Shown: positions 14,001 through 27,012 of the stretch, piece after piece | Position numbering within the stretch: position 1 is the first letter of the stretch | How the letters are laid out: every line of letters starts with the position of its first letter | Assembly: GCA_032718475.1 (NCBI GenBank) | Contig: JAUCBJ010008158.1 | Location: forward strand, 1 to 59,495 | Direction: 5' to 3' | DNA from: Nemertoderma westbladi | Taxonomy: Eukaryota > Animalia > Xenacoelomorpha | DNA length: 59,495 nt | Program-made: the position numbers and the translations under genes | The notes under the pieces: model-generated | The model's input: only the letters and a program-made list of their open reading frames with translations | What the model was told of the DNA's origin: nothing | Database searches by the model: none

Positions 14001-17000
14001 TTGTGTTTGTTATCGTTCCATATCTGATCGCCGTCGTTATGTTTGTTATTGTTCCATATCTGATCGCCGTCGTTATGTTTGTTATTGTTCTATATCTGAT
14101 CGCCGTCGTTGTGTTTATTATTGTTCCATATCTGATCACCGTCGTTATGTTTGTTATTGTTCTATATCTGATCGCCGTCGTTGTGTTTGTTATTGTTCCA
14201 TATCTGATCGCCGTCGTTATGTTTGTTATTGTTCCATATCTGATCGCCGTCGTTATGTTTGTTAATTGTTCTATATCTGATCGCCGTCGTTGTGTTTATT
14301 ATTGTTCCATATCTGATCGCCGTCGTTATGTTTGTTATTGTTCTATATCTGATCGCCGTCGTTGTGTTTGTTATTGTTCTATATCTGATCGCCGTCGTTA
14401 TGTTTGTTATTGTTCCATATCTGATCGCCGTCGTTATGTTTGTTATTGTTCCATATCTGATCGCCGTCGTTATGTTTGTTATTGTTCTATATCTGATCGC
14501 CGTCGTTATGTTTGTTATTGTTCTATATCTGATCGCCGTCGTTATATTTGTTATTGTTCTATATCTGATCGCCGTCGTTATGTTTGTTATTGTTCTATAT
14601 CTGATCGCCATCGTTATGTTTGTTATTGTTCTATATCTGATCGCCGTCGTTATGTTTGTTATTGTTCTATATCTGATCGCCGTCGTTATGTTTGTTATTG
14701 TTCTATATCTGATCGCCATCGTTATGTTTGTTATTGTTCTATATCTGATCGCCGTCGTTATGTTTGTTATTGTTCCATATCTGATCGCCGTCGTTATATT
14801 TGTTATTGTTCCATATCTGATCGCCGTCGTTATGTTTGTTATTGTTCCATATCTGATTGCCGTCGTTATGTTTGTTATTGTTCTATATCTGATCGCCGTC
14901 TTTATGTTTGTTATTGTTCTATATCTGAGCGCCGTCGTTATGTTTGTTATTGTTCTATATCTGATCGCCGTCGTTATGTTTGTTATTGTTCCATATCTGA
15001 TCGCCGTCGTTATGTTTGTTATTGTTCTATATCTGATCGCCGTCGTTGTGTTTGTTATTGTTCCATATCTGATCGCCGTCGTTATGTTTGTTATGGTTCT
15101 ATATCTGATCGCCGTCTTTATGTTTGTTATTGTTCTATATCTGAGCGCCGTCGTTATGTTTGTTATTGTTCTATATCTGATCGCCGTCGTTATGTTTGTT
15201 ATTGTTCCATATCTGATCGCCATCGTTATGTTTGTTATTGTTCTATATCTGATCGCCGTCGTTGTGTTTGTTATTGTTCCATATCTGATCGCCGTCGTTA
15301 TGTTTGTTATTGTTCTATATCTGATCGCCGTCGTTATATTTGTTATTGTTCCATATCTGATCGCCGTCGTTATGTTTGTTATTGTTCCATATCTGATTGC
15401 CGTCGTTATGTTTGTTATTGTTCTATATCTGATCGCCGTATTTATGTTTGTTATTGTTCTATATCTGAGCGCCGTCGTTATGTTTGTTATTGTTCTATAT
15501 CTGATCGTCGTCGTTATGTTAGTTATTGTTCCATATCTGATCGCCGTCGTTATGTTTGTTATTGTTCTATATCTGATCGCCGTCGTTGTGTTTGTTATTG
15601 TTCCATATCTGATCGCCGTCGTTATGTTTGTTATTGTTCCATATCTGATCGCCGTCGTTATGTTTGTTATTGTTCTATATCTGATCGCCGTCGTTGTGTT
15701 TATTATTGTTCCATATCTGATCGCCGTCGTTATGTTTGTTATTGTTCTATATCTGATCGCCGTCGTTGTGTTTGTTATTGTTCTATATCTGATCGCCGTC
15801 GTTATGTTTGTTATTGTTCCATATCTGATCGCCGTCGTTATGTTTGTTATTGTTCCATATCTGATCGCCGTCGTTATGTTTGTTATTGTTCCATATCTGA
15901 TCGCCGTCGTTATGTTTGTTATTGTTCTATATTTGATCGCCGTCGTTATATTTGTTATTGTTCTATATCTGATCGCCGTCGTTATGTTTGTTATTGTTCT
16001 ATATCTGATCGCCATCGTTATGTTTGTTATTGTTCTATATCTGATCGCCGTCGTTATGTTTGTTATTGTTCTATATCTGATCGCCGCCGTTATGTTTGTT
16101 ATTGTTCTATATCTGATCGCCGTCGTTATGTTTGTTATTGTTCCATATCTGATCGCCGTCGTTATGTTTGTTATTGTTCCATATCTGATCGCCGTCGTTA
16201 TGTTTGTTATTGTTCTATATCTGATCGCCGTCGTTATGTTTGTTATTGTTCTATATCTGATCGCCGTCGTTATATTTGTTATTGTTCTATATCTGATCGC
16301 CGTCGTTATGTTTGTTATTGTTCTATATCTGATCGCCATCGTTATGTTTGTTATTGTTCTATATCTGATCGCCGTCGTTATGTTTGTTATTGTTCTATAT
16401 CTGATCGCCGTCGTTATATTTGTTATTGTTCCATATCTGATCGCCGTCGTTATGTTTGTTATTGTTCCATATCTGATTGCCGTCGTTATGTTTGTTATTG
16501 TTCTATATCTGATCGCCGTCGTTATGTTTGTTATTGTTCTATATCTGATCGCCGTCGTTATGTTTGTTATTGTTCCATATCTGATCGCCGTCGTTATGTT
16601 TGTTATTGTTCCATATCTGATCGCCGTCGTTATGTTTGTTATTGTTCTATATCTGATCGCCGTCGTTATGTTTGTTATTGTTCTATATCTGATCGCCGTC
16701 GTTATATTTGTTATTGTTCTATATCTGATCGCCGTCGTTATGTTTGTTATTGTTCTATATCTGATCGCCATCGTTATGTTTGTTATTGTTCTATATCTGA
16801 TCGCCGTCGTTATGTTTGTTATTGTTCTATATCTGATCGCCGTCGTTATATTTGTTATTGTTCTATATCTGATCGCCGTCGTTATGTTTGTTATTGTTCT
16901 ATATCTCATCGCCGTCGTTGTGTTTGTTATTGTTCTATATCTGATCGCCGTCGTTATGTTTGTTATTGTTCTATATCTGATCGCCGTCGTTATATTTGTT

Positions 17001-17812
17001 ATTGTTCCATATCTGATCGCCGTCGTTATGTTTGTTATTGTTCCATATCTGATTGCCGTCGTTATGTTTGTTATTGTTCTATATCTGATCGCCGTCTTTA
17101 TGTTTGTTATTGTTCTATATCTGAGCGCCGTCGTTATGTTTGTTATTGTTCTATATCTGATCGCCATCGTTATGTTTGTTATTGTTCTATATCTGATCGC
17201 CGTCGTTATGTTTGTTATTGTTCTATATCTGATCGCCGTCGTTATATTTGTTATTGTTCCATATCTGATCGCCGTCGTTATGTTTTTTATTGTTCCATAT
17301 CTGATTGCCGTCGTTATGTTTGTTATTGTTCTATATCTGATCGCCGTCTTTATGTTTGTTATTGTTCTATATCTGAGCGCCGTCGTATGTTTGTTATTGT
17401 TCTATATCTGATCGCCGTCGTTGTGTTTGTTATTGTTCTATATCTGATCGCCGTCGTTATGTTTGTTATTGTTCTATATCTGATCGCCGTCGTTATGTTT
17501 GTTATTGTTCTATATCTCATCGCCGTCGTTGTGTTTGTTATTGTTCTATATCTGATCGCCGTCGTTATGTTTGTTATTGTTCTATATCTGATCGCCGTCG
17601 TTATGTTTGTTATTGTTCTATATCTCATCGCCGTCGTTGTGTTTGTTATTGTTCTATATCTGATCGCTGTCGTTGTGTTTGTTATTGTTCTATATCTGAT
17701 CGCCGTCGTTATGTTTGTTATTGTTCTATATCTGATCGCCGTCGTTATGTTTGTTATTGTTCTATATCTCATCGCCGTCGTTGTGTTTGTTATTGTTCTA
17801 TATCTGATCGCC
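8010..17812. repeat. Satellite array, 36-bp unit (ATATCTGATCGCCGTCGTTATGTTTGTTATTGTTCT), ~270 copies, with higher-order repeats
   Basis: Continuous tandem array; the variant pattern recurs at 2520 bp (9508/12028, 10513/13033, 11161/13681) and at 648 bp. Confidence 0.99.
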
Positions 17813-18342
17813 GGTGGTACAGTGTAGAGAATTAAGACCAGGTAGTGAATGGAGTTCAGAACATTCTAAGATGTGATTGGCCGTTTATCCCCAGTAATTT
17901 CTAAATAGGGTCGTTTGTCCCCCACTGGAGTAAACCTGCCTGGTTAATTCCTGTGAGAAGCTGATATTGTAACATAATTATTGTTTGTATGCTAGTTGTG
18001 AGTAACGAAGATTTATTGTTAAAGCTCAGATTTGAAAGCACCCCTTCACGAGGCCCTATACATTTAAATAAATTATAGTACTGTAGTATTCGCACAGATA
18101 CACTCTGGTGATAGTGGTATGTATGGAGGGAGTCTATGGAGTGTATGGGGTCAACCGGGCTTAATTAAGGATACATACATTATAATCCGTATATTCATAA
18201 TAATTGCTTCTTTATTCACAGTGTAAACATTTCAATGCAAACTCTAACTTAGGATATGCTATCATCTTAATTCTTAAATGCATCTCGTTTGCATTCATTG
18301 TAGTTTTTTCGAATACTGTCCAGTTTTTAGTGCACTTTGCAA

Positions 18343-20807
18343 GATTTATGGTCAACACTTCGAAATAGTCAACACTTCGAAAAACCATGTCAACACTTCG
18401 AAATAATGATATGAAGAGCATCTTTTTATCGTAAATTGTTACCCCATGTCAACACTTCAAAAGACAATGTCAACACTTCGAAAGACAATGTCAACACTTC
18501 GAAAGACAATGTCAACACTTCGAAAAGGGGCACTAAATTCCTTTCGAAGTGTTGACATGGTCACTAAATTCCTTTCGAAGTGTTGACATGGGCTCTAAAT
18601 TCCGTTCGAAGTGTTGACATGGGTACTAAATTCTTTTCGAAGTGTTGACATGGGCACTAAATTCCTTTCAAGTGTTGACATGGGCACTAAATTTCTTTCG
18701 AAGTGTTGACACGGGCACTAAATTCCTTTCGAAGTGTTGACATGAGCACTAAATTCCTTTCGAAGTGTTGACATGGGCACTAAATTCCTTTCGAAGTGTT
18801 GACATGGGCACTAAATTCCTTTCGAAGTGTTGACAAGGGCACTAAATTCCTTTCTAAGTGTTGACATGAGCACTAAATTCCTTTCGAAGTGTTGACATGG
18901 GCACTAAATTCCTTTCGAAGTGTCGACATGGGCACTAAATTCCTTTCAAAGTTTTGACATGGGCACTAAATCCCTTTCGAAGTGTTGACATGGGCACTAA
19001 ATTCCTTTTGAAGTGTCAACATGGGCACCAAATTCCTTTCGAAGTTTTGACATGGGCACTAAATTCCTTTCGAAGTGTTGACATGGGCACTAAATTCCTT
19101 TCGAAGTGTTGACATGGGCAATAAATTTCTTTCGATGTGTTGACATGGGCACTAAATTCCTTTCGAAGTGTCGACATGGGCACTAAATTCCTTTCAAAGT
19201 TTTGACATGGGCACTAAATCCCTTTCGAAGTGTTGACATGGGCACTAAATCCCTTTCGAAGTGTTGACATGGGCACTAAATTCCTTTCGAAGTGTCGACA
19301 TGGGCACTAAATTCCTTTCAAAGTTTTGACATGGGCACTAAATTCCTTTCGAAGTGTTGACATGGGCACTAAATTCCTTTCGATGTGTTGACATGGGCAC
19401 TAAATTTCTTTCGATGTGTTGACATGGGCACTAAATTCCTTTCGAAGTGTCGACATGGGCACTAAATTCCTTTCGAAGTGCTGACATGGGCACTAAATTC
19501 CTTTCGAAGTGTCGACATGGGCACTAAATTCCTTTCGAAGTGTCGACATGGGCACTAAATTCCTGTCGAAGTGTTGACATGGGCACTAAATTCCTTTCGA
19601 AGTGTTGACATGGGCACTAAATTCCTTTCGAAGTGTTGACATTGGCACTAAATTCCCTTCGAAGTGTCAACATGGGCACCAAATTCCTTTCGAAGTTTTG
19701 ACATGGGCACTAAATTCCTTTCGAAGTGTTGACATGGGCACTAAATTCCTTTCGAAGTGTTGACATGGGCACTAAATTTCTTTCGATGTGTTGACATGGG
19801 CACTAAATTCCTTTCGAAGTGTCGACATGGGCACTAAATTCCTTTCAAAGTTTTGACATGGGCACTAAATCCCTTTCGAAGTGTTGACATGGGCACTAAA
19901 TCCCTTTCGAAGTGTTGACATGGGCACTAAATTCCTTTCGAAGTGTCGACATGGGCACTAAATTCCTTTCAAAGTTTTGACATGGGCACTAAATTCCTTT
20001 CGAAGTGTTGACATGGGCACTAAATTCCTTTCGATGTGTTGACATGGGCACTAAATTTCTTTCGATGTGTTGACATGGGCACTAAATTCCTTTCGAAGTG
20101 TCGACATGGGCACTAAATTCCTTTCGAAGTGCTGACATGGGCACTAAATTCCTTTCGAAGTGTCGACATGGGCACTAAATTCCTTTCGAAGTGTCGACAT
20201 GGGCACTAAATTCCTGTCGAAGTGTTGACATGGGCACTAAATTCCTTTCGAAGTGTTGACATGGGCACTAAATTCCTTTCGAAGTGTTGACATGGGCACT
20301 AAATTCCCTTCGAAGTGTTGACATGGGCTCTAAATTCTGTTCCAAGTGTTGACATGGGCACTAAATTCCTTTCGAAGTGTCGACATGGGCACTAAATTCC
20401 TTTCGAAGTGTTGACATGGGCACTAAATTCCTTTCGAAGTGTTGACATGGGCACTAAATTCCTTTCGAAGTGTTAACATGGGCACTAAATTCCTTTCGAA
20501 GTGTTGACATGGGCTCTAAATTCTGTTCGAAGTGTTGACATGGGCACTAAATTCCTTTCGAAGTGTTGACATGGGCACTAAATTCCTTTCAAAGTTTTGA
20601 CATGGGCACTAAATTCCTTTCAAGTGTTGACATGGGCACTAAATTCCTTTCGAAGTGTCGACATGGGCACCAAATTCCTTTCGAAGTATTGACATGGGCA
20701 CTAAATTCCTTTTGAAGTGTCGATGTGCACTAAATTCCTTTCGAAGTGTCGATGTGCACTAAATTCCTTTCGAAGTGTTGACCATTTCGATGTGTTGACA
20801 CGGAATC
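18343..20807. mobile_element. Non-autonomous Mutator/Foldback-like TIR element with a 9-bp TSD
   Basis: ~40-bp imperfect TIRs: GATTTATGGTCAACACTTCGAAATAGTCAACACTTCGAAA on the left vs GATTCCGTGTCAACACATCGAAATGGTCAACACTTCGAAA (reverse complement of the right end). Flanked by ACTTTGCAA at 18334-18342 and 20808-20816. Confidence 0.8.
18527..20780. repeat. 31-bp tandem array (GGGCACTAAATTCCTTTCGAAGTGTTGACAT), ~72 copies, inside the TIR element
   Basis: Direct tandem repeats containing the TIR core TTCGAAGTGTTGAC; internal block duplication of ~650 bp (~19010 vs ~19661). Confidence 0.97.
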
Positions 20808-21034
20808 ACTTTGCAACTAGATTATCTGCATATTATTTAGCTGTAGGCCTATACATTATTGTAGTTATTGATATAACAATAGGCATATACATTTATTCTT
20901 CCTTTGCTACGAAATTGGTACCAGTGCCATACATAAAAGAGCAACTGCGCAGCCATATATATATACCAGTGCAGTGAGTGACATATTGGGCTACTATACA
21001 ATGGGGAGAGTTAGGCCCTTCTGTGTAACAGCTA

Positions 21035-21711
21035 TATGCCTCTAGCTGCTGGTTCTTGACTATCTCTTCCAAATTGCGAACTCAGTTGGAGGCTCTCCAA
21101 CGAAAATGCATTCGTTTCTGCCTGGGTATGGGGTCTCGTGATCACATCGGCCCGGTCCACTTCAAGGATATAAACTGGCTTCCATTAAGGGAAAGGTGCT
21201 ATTCTAAAATACTGTCGTATATGTATAAAGTTTTACACTTGCAAGCTCCATCATACCTCTCGGAGCTAGTTTATTTTAATCAAGGTGCAATGAATCTTCG
21301 GGGGCCACATATACGTGCGGAAATCCCACAGAGACACACCGTCCACGGCCAGTCTACATTCTCATACTACGGGCCCTCGTTGTGGAATGATCTACCAGGG
21401 TCAATAACTCGAGCGCCATCTCTTGTCGTATTCCAACACAACCTGAAGAAACATTTTTTAGATAAACTTGCATCTACGGATATCTCTGTGTTCACAATAA
21501 CATAGCGATTTTATTATGTTTCTATTACTTATAAACTTTATATTTTATCTACCTTTTATAACAGGGATCCCTATGGAAATGAGATATAATTATCTCTTAG
21601 GGCTATCCTTAGCGGCTACATTTTTTTTCTTTTTGTTAATTTCTATCGTGATTTGTATTTATTTTAATTTGTAATCCGCTAATGAACAAGTTCAAGTTCA
21701 AGTTCAAGTTC
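21035..21711 (+). mobile_element. 5'-truncated CR1/L2-group LINE (ORF2 C-terminus, 3' UTR, (AAGTTC)n tail)
   Basis: ORF 21056-21505 has LEALQRKCIR, INWLPLRER, YKVLHLQAPSYL and FSYYGPSLWNDLP, typical of the post-RT region of CR1/L2/Crack elements; tandem-repeat tail at ~21689-21711. Confidence 0.85.
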
Positions 21712-23317
21712 ATGCTTACATAAGATTAGTATTCCCATTTTTATGATTATTCATATTTTATTGTAATATACGCACATTAGGATGGGAGCTAACAGCTAAA
21801 GGGGGCCTAGGCTATGTAGGTATTTATTGTTTGATAAATCCATAAATACAAATTTATCTAAAGAATGTCATTACATTTTTAGTTAAATGATATGATTTAG
21901 CCATGAAAAGGTCGTTAGTTAGTTTGTCTCAGGGTAGTGTGGTGGATGGATGATAGTTTAACAATAAAAGGCCTGTATATGATATATTGTCTGTGATATT
22001 CATTAAGGTTGTCTATCACATGACATGTGTCAATCCGTATCCATACAAGTTTATAATTATCGTTAATAATTAATATTTGGCATTCTTGATCGAACTAAGT
22101 GCTCCCATATGTTACAATTCTAATTCTAGCATGAATTTATTTTAAGGGAAATTGACACCCGCGAGTGATTTATTGCGTTAACTTACTAATAATGTAGCTA
22201 ATAACTAGTTAGTTACTATAGTTACTAATAATGTAGCTAGCTGGTTTTCAATTGTCAATAAACTTATGAACCCGTTGCAATGAGCCGACCTGCGGGGTAC
22301 CAATCGTTCGGTGCTTGTAAAATTAAGAACAAAAGCAATTAGCATTGATGCACTATGTAGGTTATATAGTGTTATTTCATAATTTCTACAGTACAATGAT
22401 AATAATTACAATATTGCGTTTGAGTTTCAGAATCATTTACTTTCTGTGCTCAACTGCTCACTGCTTTACCGGTACGTTATTAATTGAATATAATAATTGG
22501 TATAAACCATCTTATTTGTGATGCTATTGTTTCTATTTTTGTAACCTGCATACAGGTTATGTATATAGGCATGATCTAGGCCTACAGTACAGTAGTATTG
22601 GTGGTATTCGTCACACTTGGTAAACTTTTATGTATGTTAATTTAATTTTAGTGCTTCAATTTGATGATAAATACTAAAACTCCTACGATGTCTGACATAG
22701 TATCTTCGAAACTATTGAATAAACGTTTGCGAACATTCACCCAAAGACAGAAGCATAAAGCTGTAACGAGGGAAGATTCAAAGAACGAAAAACTCACGAG
22801 TAAATCTTCTACTAACTGTGGATTTCAACCGCCAGATTTAGTTCGCCATTACAGTCTACAAAGACCTCGACTTACTTACAGCTGCCCGAAATCCTTCTCC
22901 TATAACAATATCACTCTAGCGAGGGTAATGATTGGTCTTGTCTCACCCCACCAAATATTTCAACATAGAAGTAACTTTAACGCTTGACGTCTTTTAATAA
23001 ATTGTATATTAGAATTGCACAATAGATATATATGAAAAAGTTTAATGTGCCTATCAATTGGCCTGAATTCAACCAAAAGATCATCAAATCTCCTACTCAG
23101 CCATGCCCATGACTTTGTGAATGTTCTTGCTTTAAACAATTATTTATTTTTTAAACAATATTTGGAAATTGTTTGCTACTTCTAGTTACCGAGATATAAC
23201 AATACACCAAGCTCTGGAATATATTGTCTTTATTCAGGTACAATAAAGATCACTTCCCCAAATTTTTCTACAAATTTTTCTGTTTGAAACAGAGTTAGTT
23301 TCACCTTCCCCCTCTTT

Positions 23318-24002
23318 ACTGGGGCTCCTCTGCTCATTGGAGCAGGTTGCTTCTAGTGTTGGTCTTTTTGTAAATTCCTAGAAGACAACAATTATGACAT
23401 TAAACCTTTATAGCCCTCAAGAAATGTCTGATCGTAAGGGCATAAGCTCTAGGGACGGCTTGCTTGAGCACGTGGATTTCTTCTGCGACTTGGGATCATG
23501 GATCCGAAACATGGCATGGCATGGCATGGCCATGGGCAGCGTTAAATAGTCTGTCCAGGATTTGGAAGTCCCATAGAATAAAACGGAACCTTATGGTCCG
23601 ATTATTTACGGCAGTAGTAGTAGGCCTACAGTAGTAGTACCAGTACTCTTATATGGGAGTCCATGCTATGCTCTAACTGCTGAGGATACCAAATCTCTTG
23701 ATGGCACTTTCACAAGCATGGCCGCTTTGCAGGACATTGCCTTTGCCGTGAGGACCAGCCAGTGCATAATCTTAAGCTCTGGCGGCCTCATGGAGTAAAT
23801 AAACATGGTGGACAGCCTATGACATTCTTGAGACGCATCTTAAAGGACACTGGCCTTGAAGGATGCGGATGATCTAGCAAATGTCATGGGTGATAGGGAG
23901 TTGTGGCGGCGCAATTTTGTCGACCAGCCAGCACAGCATTCTTAATATATATGTAATATATATATAATGCAGCTGTAATGCAGCATGCCGATCGAAGTAG
24001 TA
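23318..24002 (+). mobile_element. 3' fragment of the same RTE family as 3651-6700
   Basis: Matches the reverse complement of ~3660-4440, with internal deletions. Confidence 0.88.
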
Positions 24003-24354
24003 ACAACTGTAATTCTGGCAACTGTAGTTAATGGATCTTCTTTCTTCTTTGCACAACAATTTATGCACTAATTAATAATACCATCGGTTGTGATGGTATT
24101 AGTTACTTTAATTAATGTGTTTCTTATTTGAACCGAAATTCAAGAATTCTACTTGGCCATCTGTCACTATTATATTGAACTAAATTGAAGCAATTTGTAA
24201 ACAATTAATTGCCTTTCATTCCCATACCATATCCAATTTCTCACCGTATTCCTGCCTAGAAGGGTGAGATCAAGGGGAGGGGGTGGAGATTATATCGATT
24301 TCAGGTATACTCAGTTCTGCTGCACTGAGGACTGAGCTGCATATTACTTACAGT

Positions 24355-25965
24355 ACACGTTCGTGGGGCCTTCGCGCAGCACGAGGCCCAGTTATGAGAT
24401 ACAAATTAAAATTGTGCGACTGTATCACAAAATCAGGTTATGAGAGATTAACCAACACAACCAATTAATCAAAGAAAGGGGGACAGTACGTGTTCACCCC
24501 TTTTTATCTGCACCCCCCCCCCCCTCCCCCCACCCACCAATACATAACCGCGACATCTACCACTCACGGGAGGGTAGCACGAACTTATTTCAAACGCACG
24601 TTCAATATGCAAAGCCAGGTGGTTTATAGGAATATAATCAATGCAGTACTCGTCTTCATTATAAGCCTCTTTGCGTTCGACCTGTTTTGTATTAAAATAT
24701 ATTTATTAAACGCAGGCTGACGCTCTTTATAATAACAATACCTAGGGATGCCAGCTTCCAGACTTTCAATCTTTACTGCCGCGCAAACCCCGCAGAGGAA
24801 GTTTTGGTTTGAGAGATCAAGCCCATCGGCAATTGGTGTTTCAATTTCGGTCCAGGAACTCTGAGAATGGGAGCATTCAATCTTAGCTGTGGTCCATTCC
24901 TGTGGTTTCGGCTTCTTTTTCTTCGTCCCAATGACAGATTCTTCTGAAGACGTTCCATTCGCTTTCAGTTTATCGTTGGCGTTTGTGTTTTGAAGTTGTA
25001 TTCGAGTGGACAGTCGCGCCGGTTTCGAGGTAACCATACCGACCTGTGATAAGCGTTGGTTTTGTTGAGTGCCGGTATTCATCTTCTCTCACCTCTTCAA
25101 TGTCAGATGTTGCAAATACTGATAACACGAATAACGGTATATATTTCAATACTTGTCAATAGTAATATATATAATTTAGATAACTATTTTATATCTGTAC
25201 TGTTGAGCAAACTCTACATAAATTCCAACCTGTGTATCGCCGGTAGTGCTGTTGCTGTACAAGTGCCGAAGTACTAGTTGCCACCGGTCAGCCGGTACCG
25301 GTAGTAGTGTGGTACCTACGGTGCGCACTACAACGGCAGTACAGCAATACGGTGTACCGTGCCAATGACTGAATGATTAGCGGTAACTATCTAAACTATT
25401 ATATTATTATTACCGGTGCCGGTACTGGGCTAATTAGGCCTAAACTATAATCACCGCAAGGGTTGCCGGGGCCATGTTTAATTAGATTACATGATATGGC
25501 ATGTCTGCAGTGTATGGTACCGGCTGACCAGTATTGGAGTATTGACTGATTGCAGGATTCTCGATTCAGGGATTGAGTACAGCCTGACAGTACCGGTACA
25601 CATGGTACATGCAGATTGGCAGACAGCCCCAATGTATTGCAAAATTTGTCAGAAACCCAGCTGATTTATCCTACAGTAATAATAATTTAACGCATTTTAA
25701 ATTTGGATAAATAAATTTATTATAACTGCAATAACAGTTACACTGATGCTGCACGAAGGCCCCACGCAAATTCTACTTGGAAAATTTTCAAACTTTTGCC
25801 AAACAACATGTGTACTAAGTTTGGATAGATTTCATCAAGGATTGGCCGAGTTATTAACGTTTAAAATAAAATACTGAAAAAAAAAACGCGACAGAACGAC
25901 AGAACGACAGGTTGATTAATGGTACCCCTACGCTAAGGCTCACTCACTTCGTGGCTCGCCCCACA
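24355..25965 (+). mobile_element. Non-autonomous interspersed element, copy A (ACACGTTCGTGGGGCC...GGCTCGCCCCACA; HINE/DINE-like architecture, class uncertain)
   Basis: Both ends shared with copies at 53289-54343 and 55744-58090; subterminal inverted GTGGGGC/GCCCCAC, short CGACAGAA repeats, variable interior. Confidence 0.75.
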
Positions 25966-26779
25966 GTATTATCACCGGAGTGCTCAATGTGTCGGTGTGG
26001 GAACCAGAAAGACCACGAACAAACTACCTGGACTGGGGCTCCATACTTGTGGGGTGAGCCACGAAGTGTGCGAAGACTTAGCCCCTTAGCGAACTGACAC
26101 TGTTACTTGCTCAATAATGGCAAATATTTGTCATTGTCGTCGTCATCTGCGTTACCGCTTTGACATGCTAATAATAACTTTGACGGATTTAAAGCTTTCG
26201 AGTTGAAAAATTTGTAGGAATCAATAAGACCAAAAGTTGAGATTTTTTAGAGCCTTTCAGACACAATCAGTACAACAGTCTACCGCTAGATTGCTACATA
26301 TCTAAACATTAAATGTCCTCCCATTTCTTTGCTTTAAATCTGTTCAAACTGAAATTTGGCAGATTTGTACAAGACCATTAGCTGTGTGGGGCATTCAATG
26401 GTGGCAAATCCGTCTGCAGTTCTCTTGTCTGCCGCTCGATGGCAAAATGTCTCAAAGTGAAATCCTTGACCCATTCCGTCATTTATGATCTGTTTAAGCT
26501 GAAAATTGTCAGATACAGTATTTGCTAGAACACATCTTGTGTCTTTGTGGCGGGTCGGTAATCGGTCAGCAGTTGTCCGGTATACCGCTAGAGGGCGAAA
26601 TGAATGAAACTGATAATCTTCTCTCATCTTTGTAATTCGTTATCCGTATATTTGTTATATTTGTTACTGTTAACTTGGCAGAGATATACCTTAGACCTTA
26701 TACCTTCTAGACCTTAGACCATAATCCTTCGGCAGCGCTCCTGTCTACTGCCAGTGGGCTGAAATTTTAACTATTAACT

Positions 26780-26907
26780 TACTTGTGTGTAAAGTAGCAC
26801 TTTACAGCGTGATGATCCGAGTGGCTTTGTTACACGAACGTACGTTAGTGAGTGAGAGAAAATAAAGCCACGAGGATCAGAACACTGTAAAGTACTTTGC
26901 AACAAGT
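26780..26907. repeat. Long imperfect palindrome (MITE-like hairpin)
   Basis: Nested complementary arms ACTTGT/ACAAGT, ACTTTACAG/CTGTAAAGT, GATCC/GGATC, GTGGCTTT/AAAGCCAC. Confidence 0.6.
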
Positions 26908-27012
26908 ATTTGGTTTAATTCCAAACTTGTAACATTACGAAATGATTGTATATATATTATAAGTGAGAAAAACTGCACAAATTAAATTAGTTGCTGTATA
27001 AATAAATGTAAA

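Noticed and set aside
7925-17827. Very long ORFs (up to 1310 aa; YVCYCSISDRRR / MFVIVLYLIAVV / TAIRYRTITNIT repeats)
   Set aside because: By-product of a stop-free 36-bp unit; open in several frames on both strands, and indels switch frames freely.
8010-20780. CRISPR-like arrays (36-bp and 31-bp repeats)
   Set aside because: Units are head-to-tail with no unique spacers; no cas genes; eukaryotic context.
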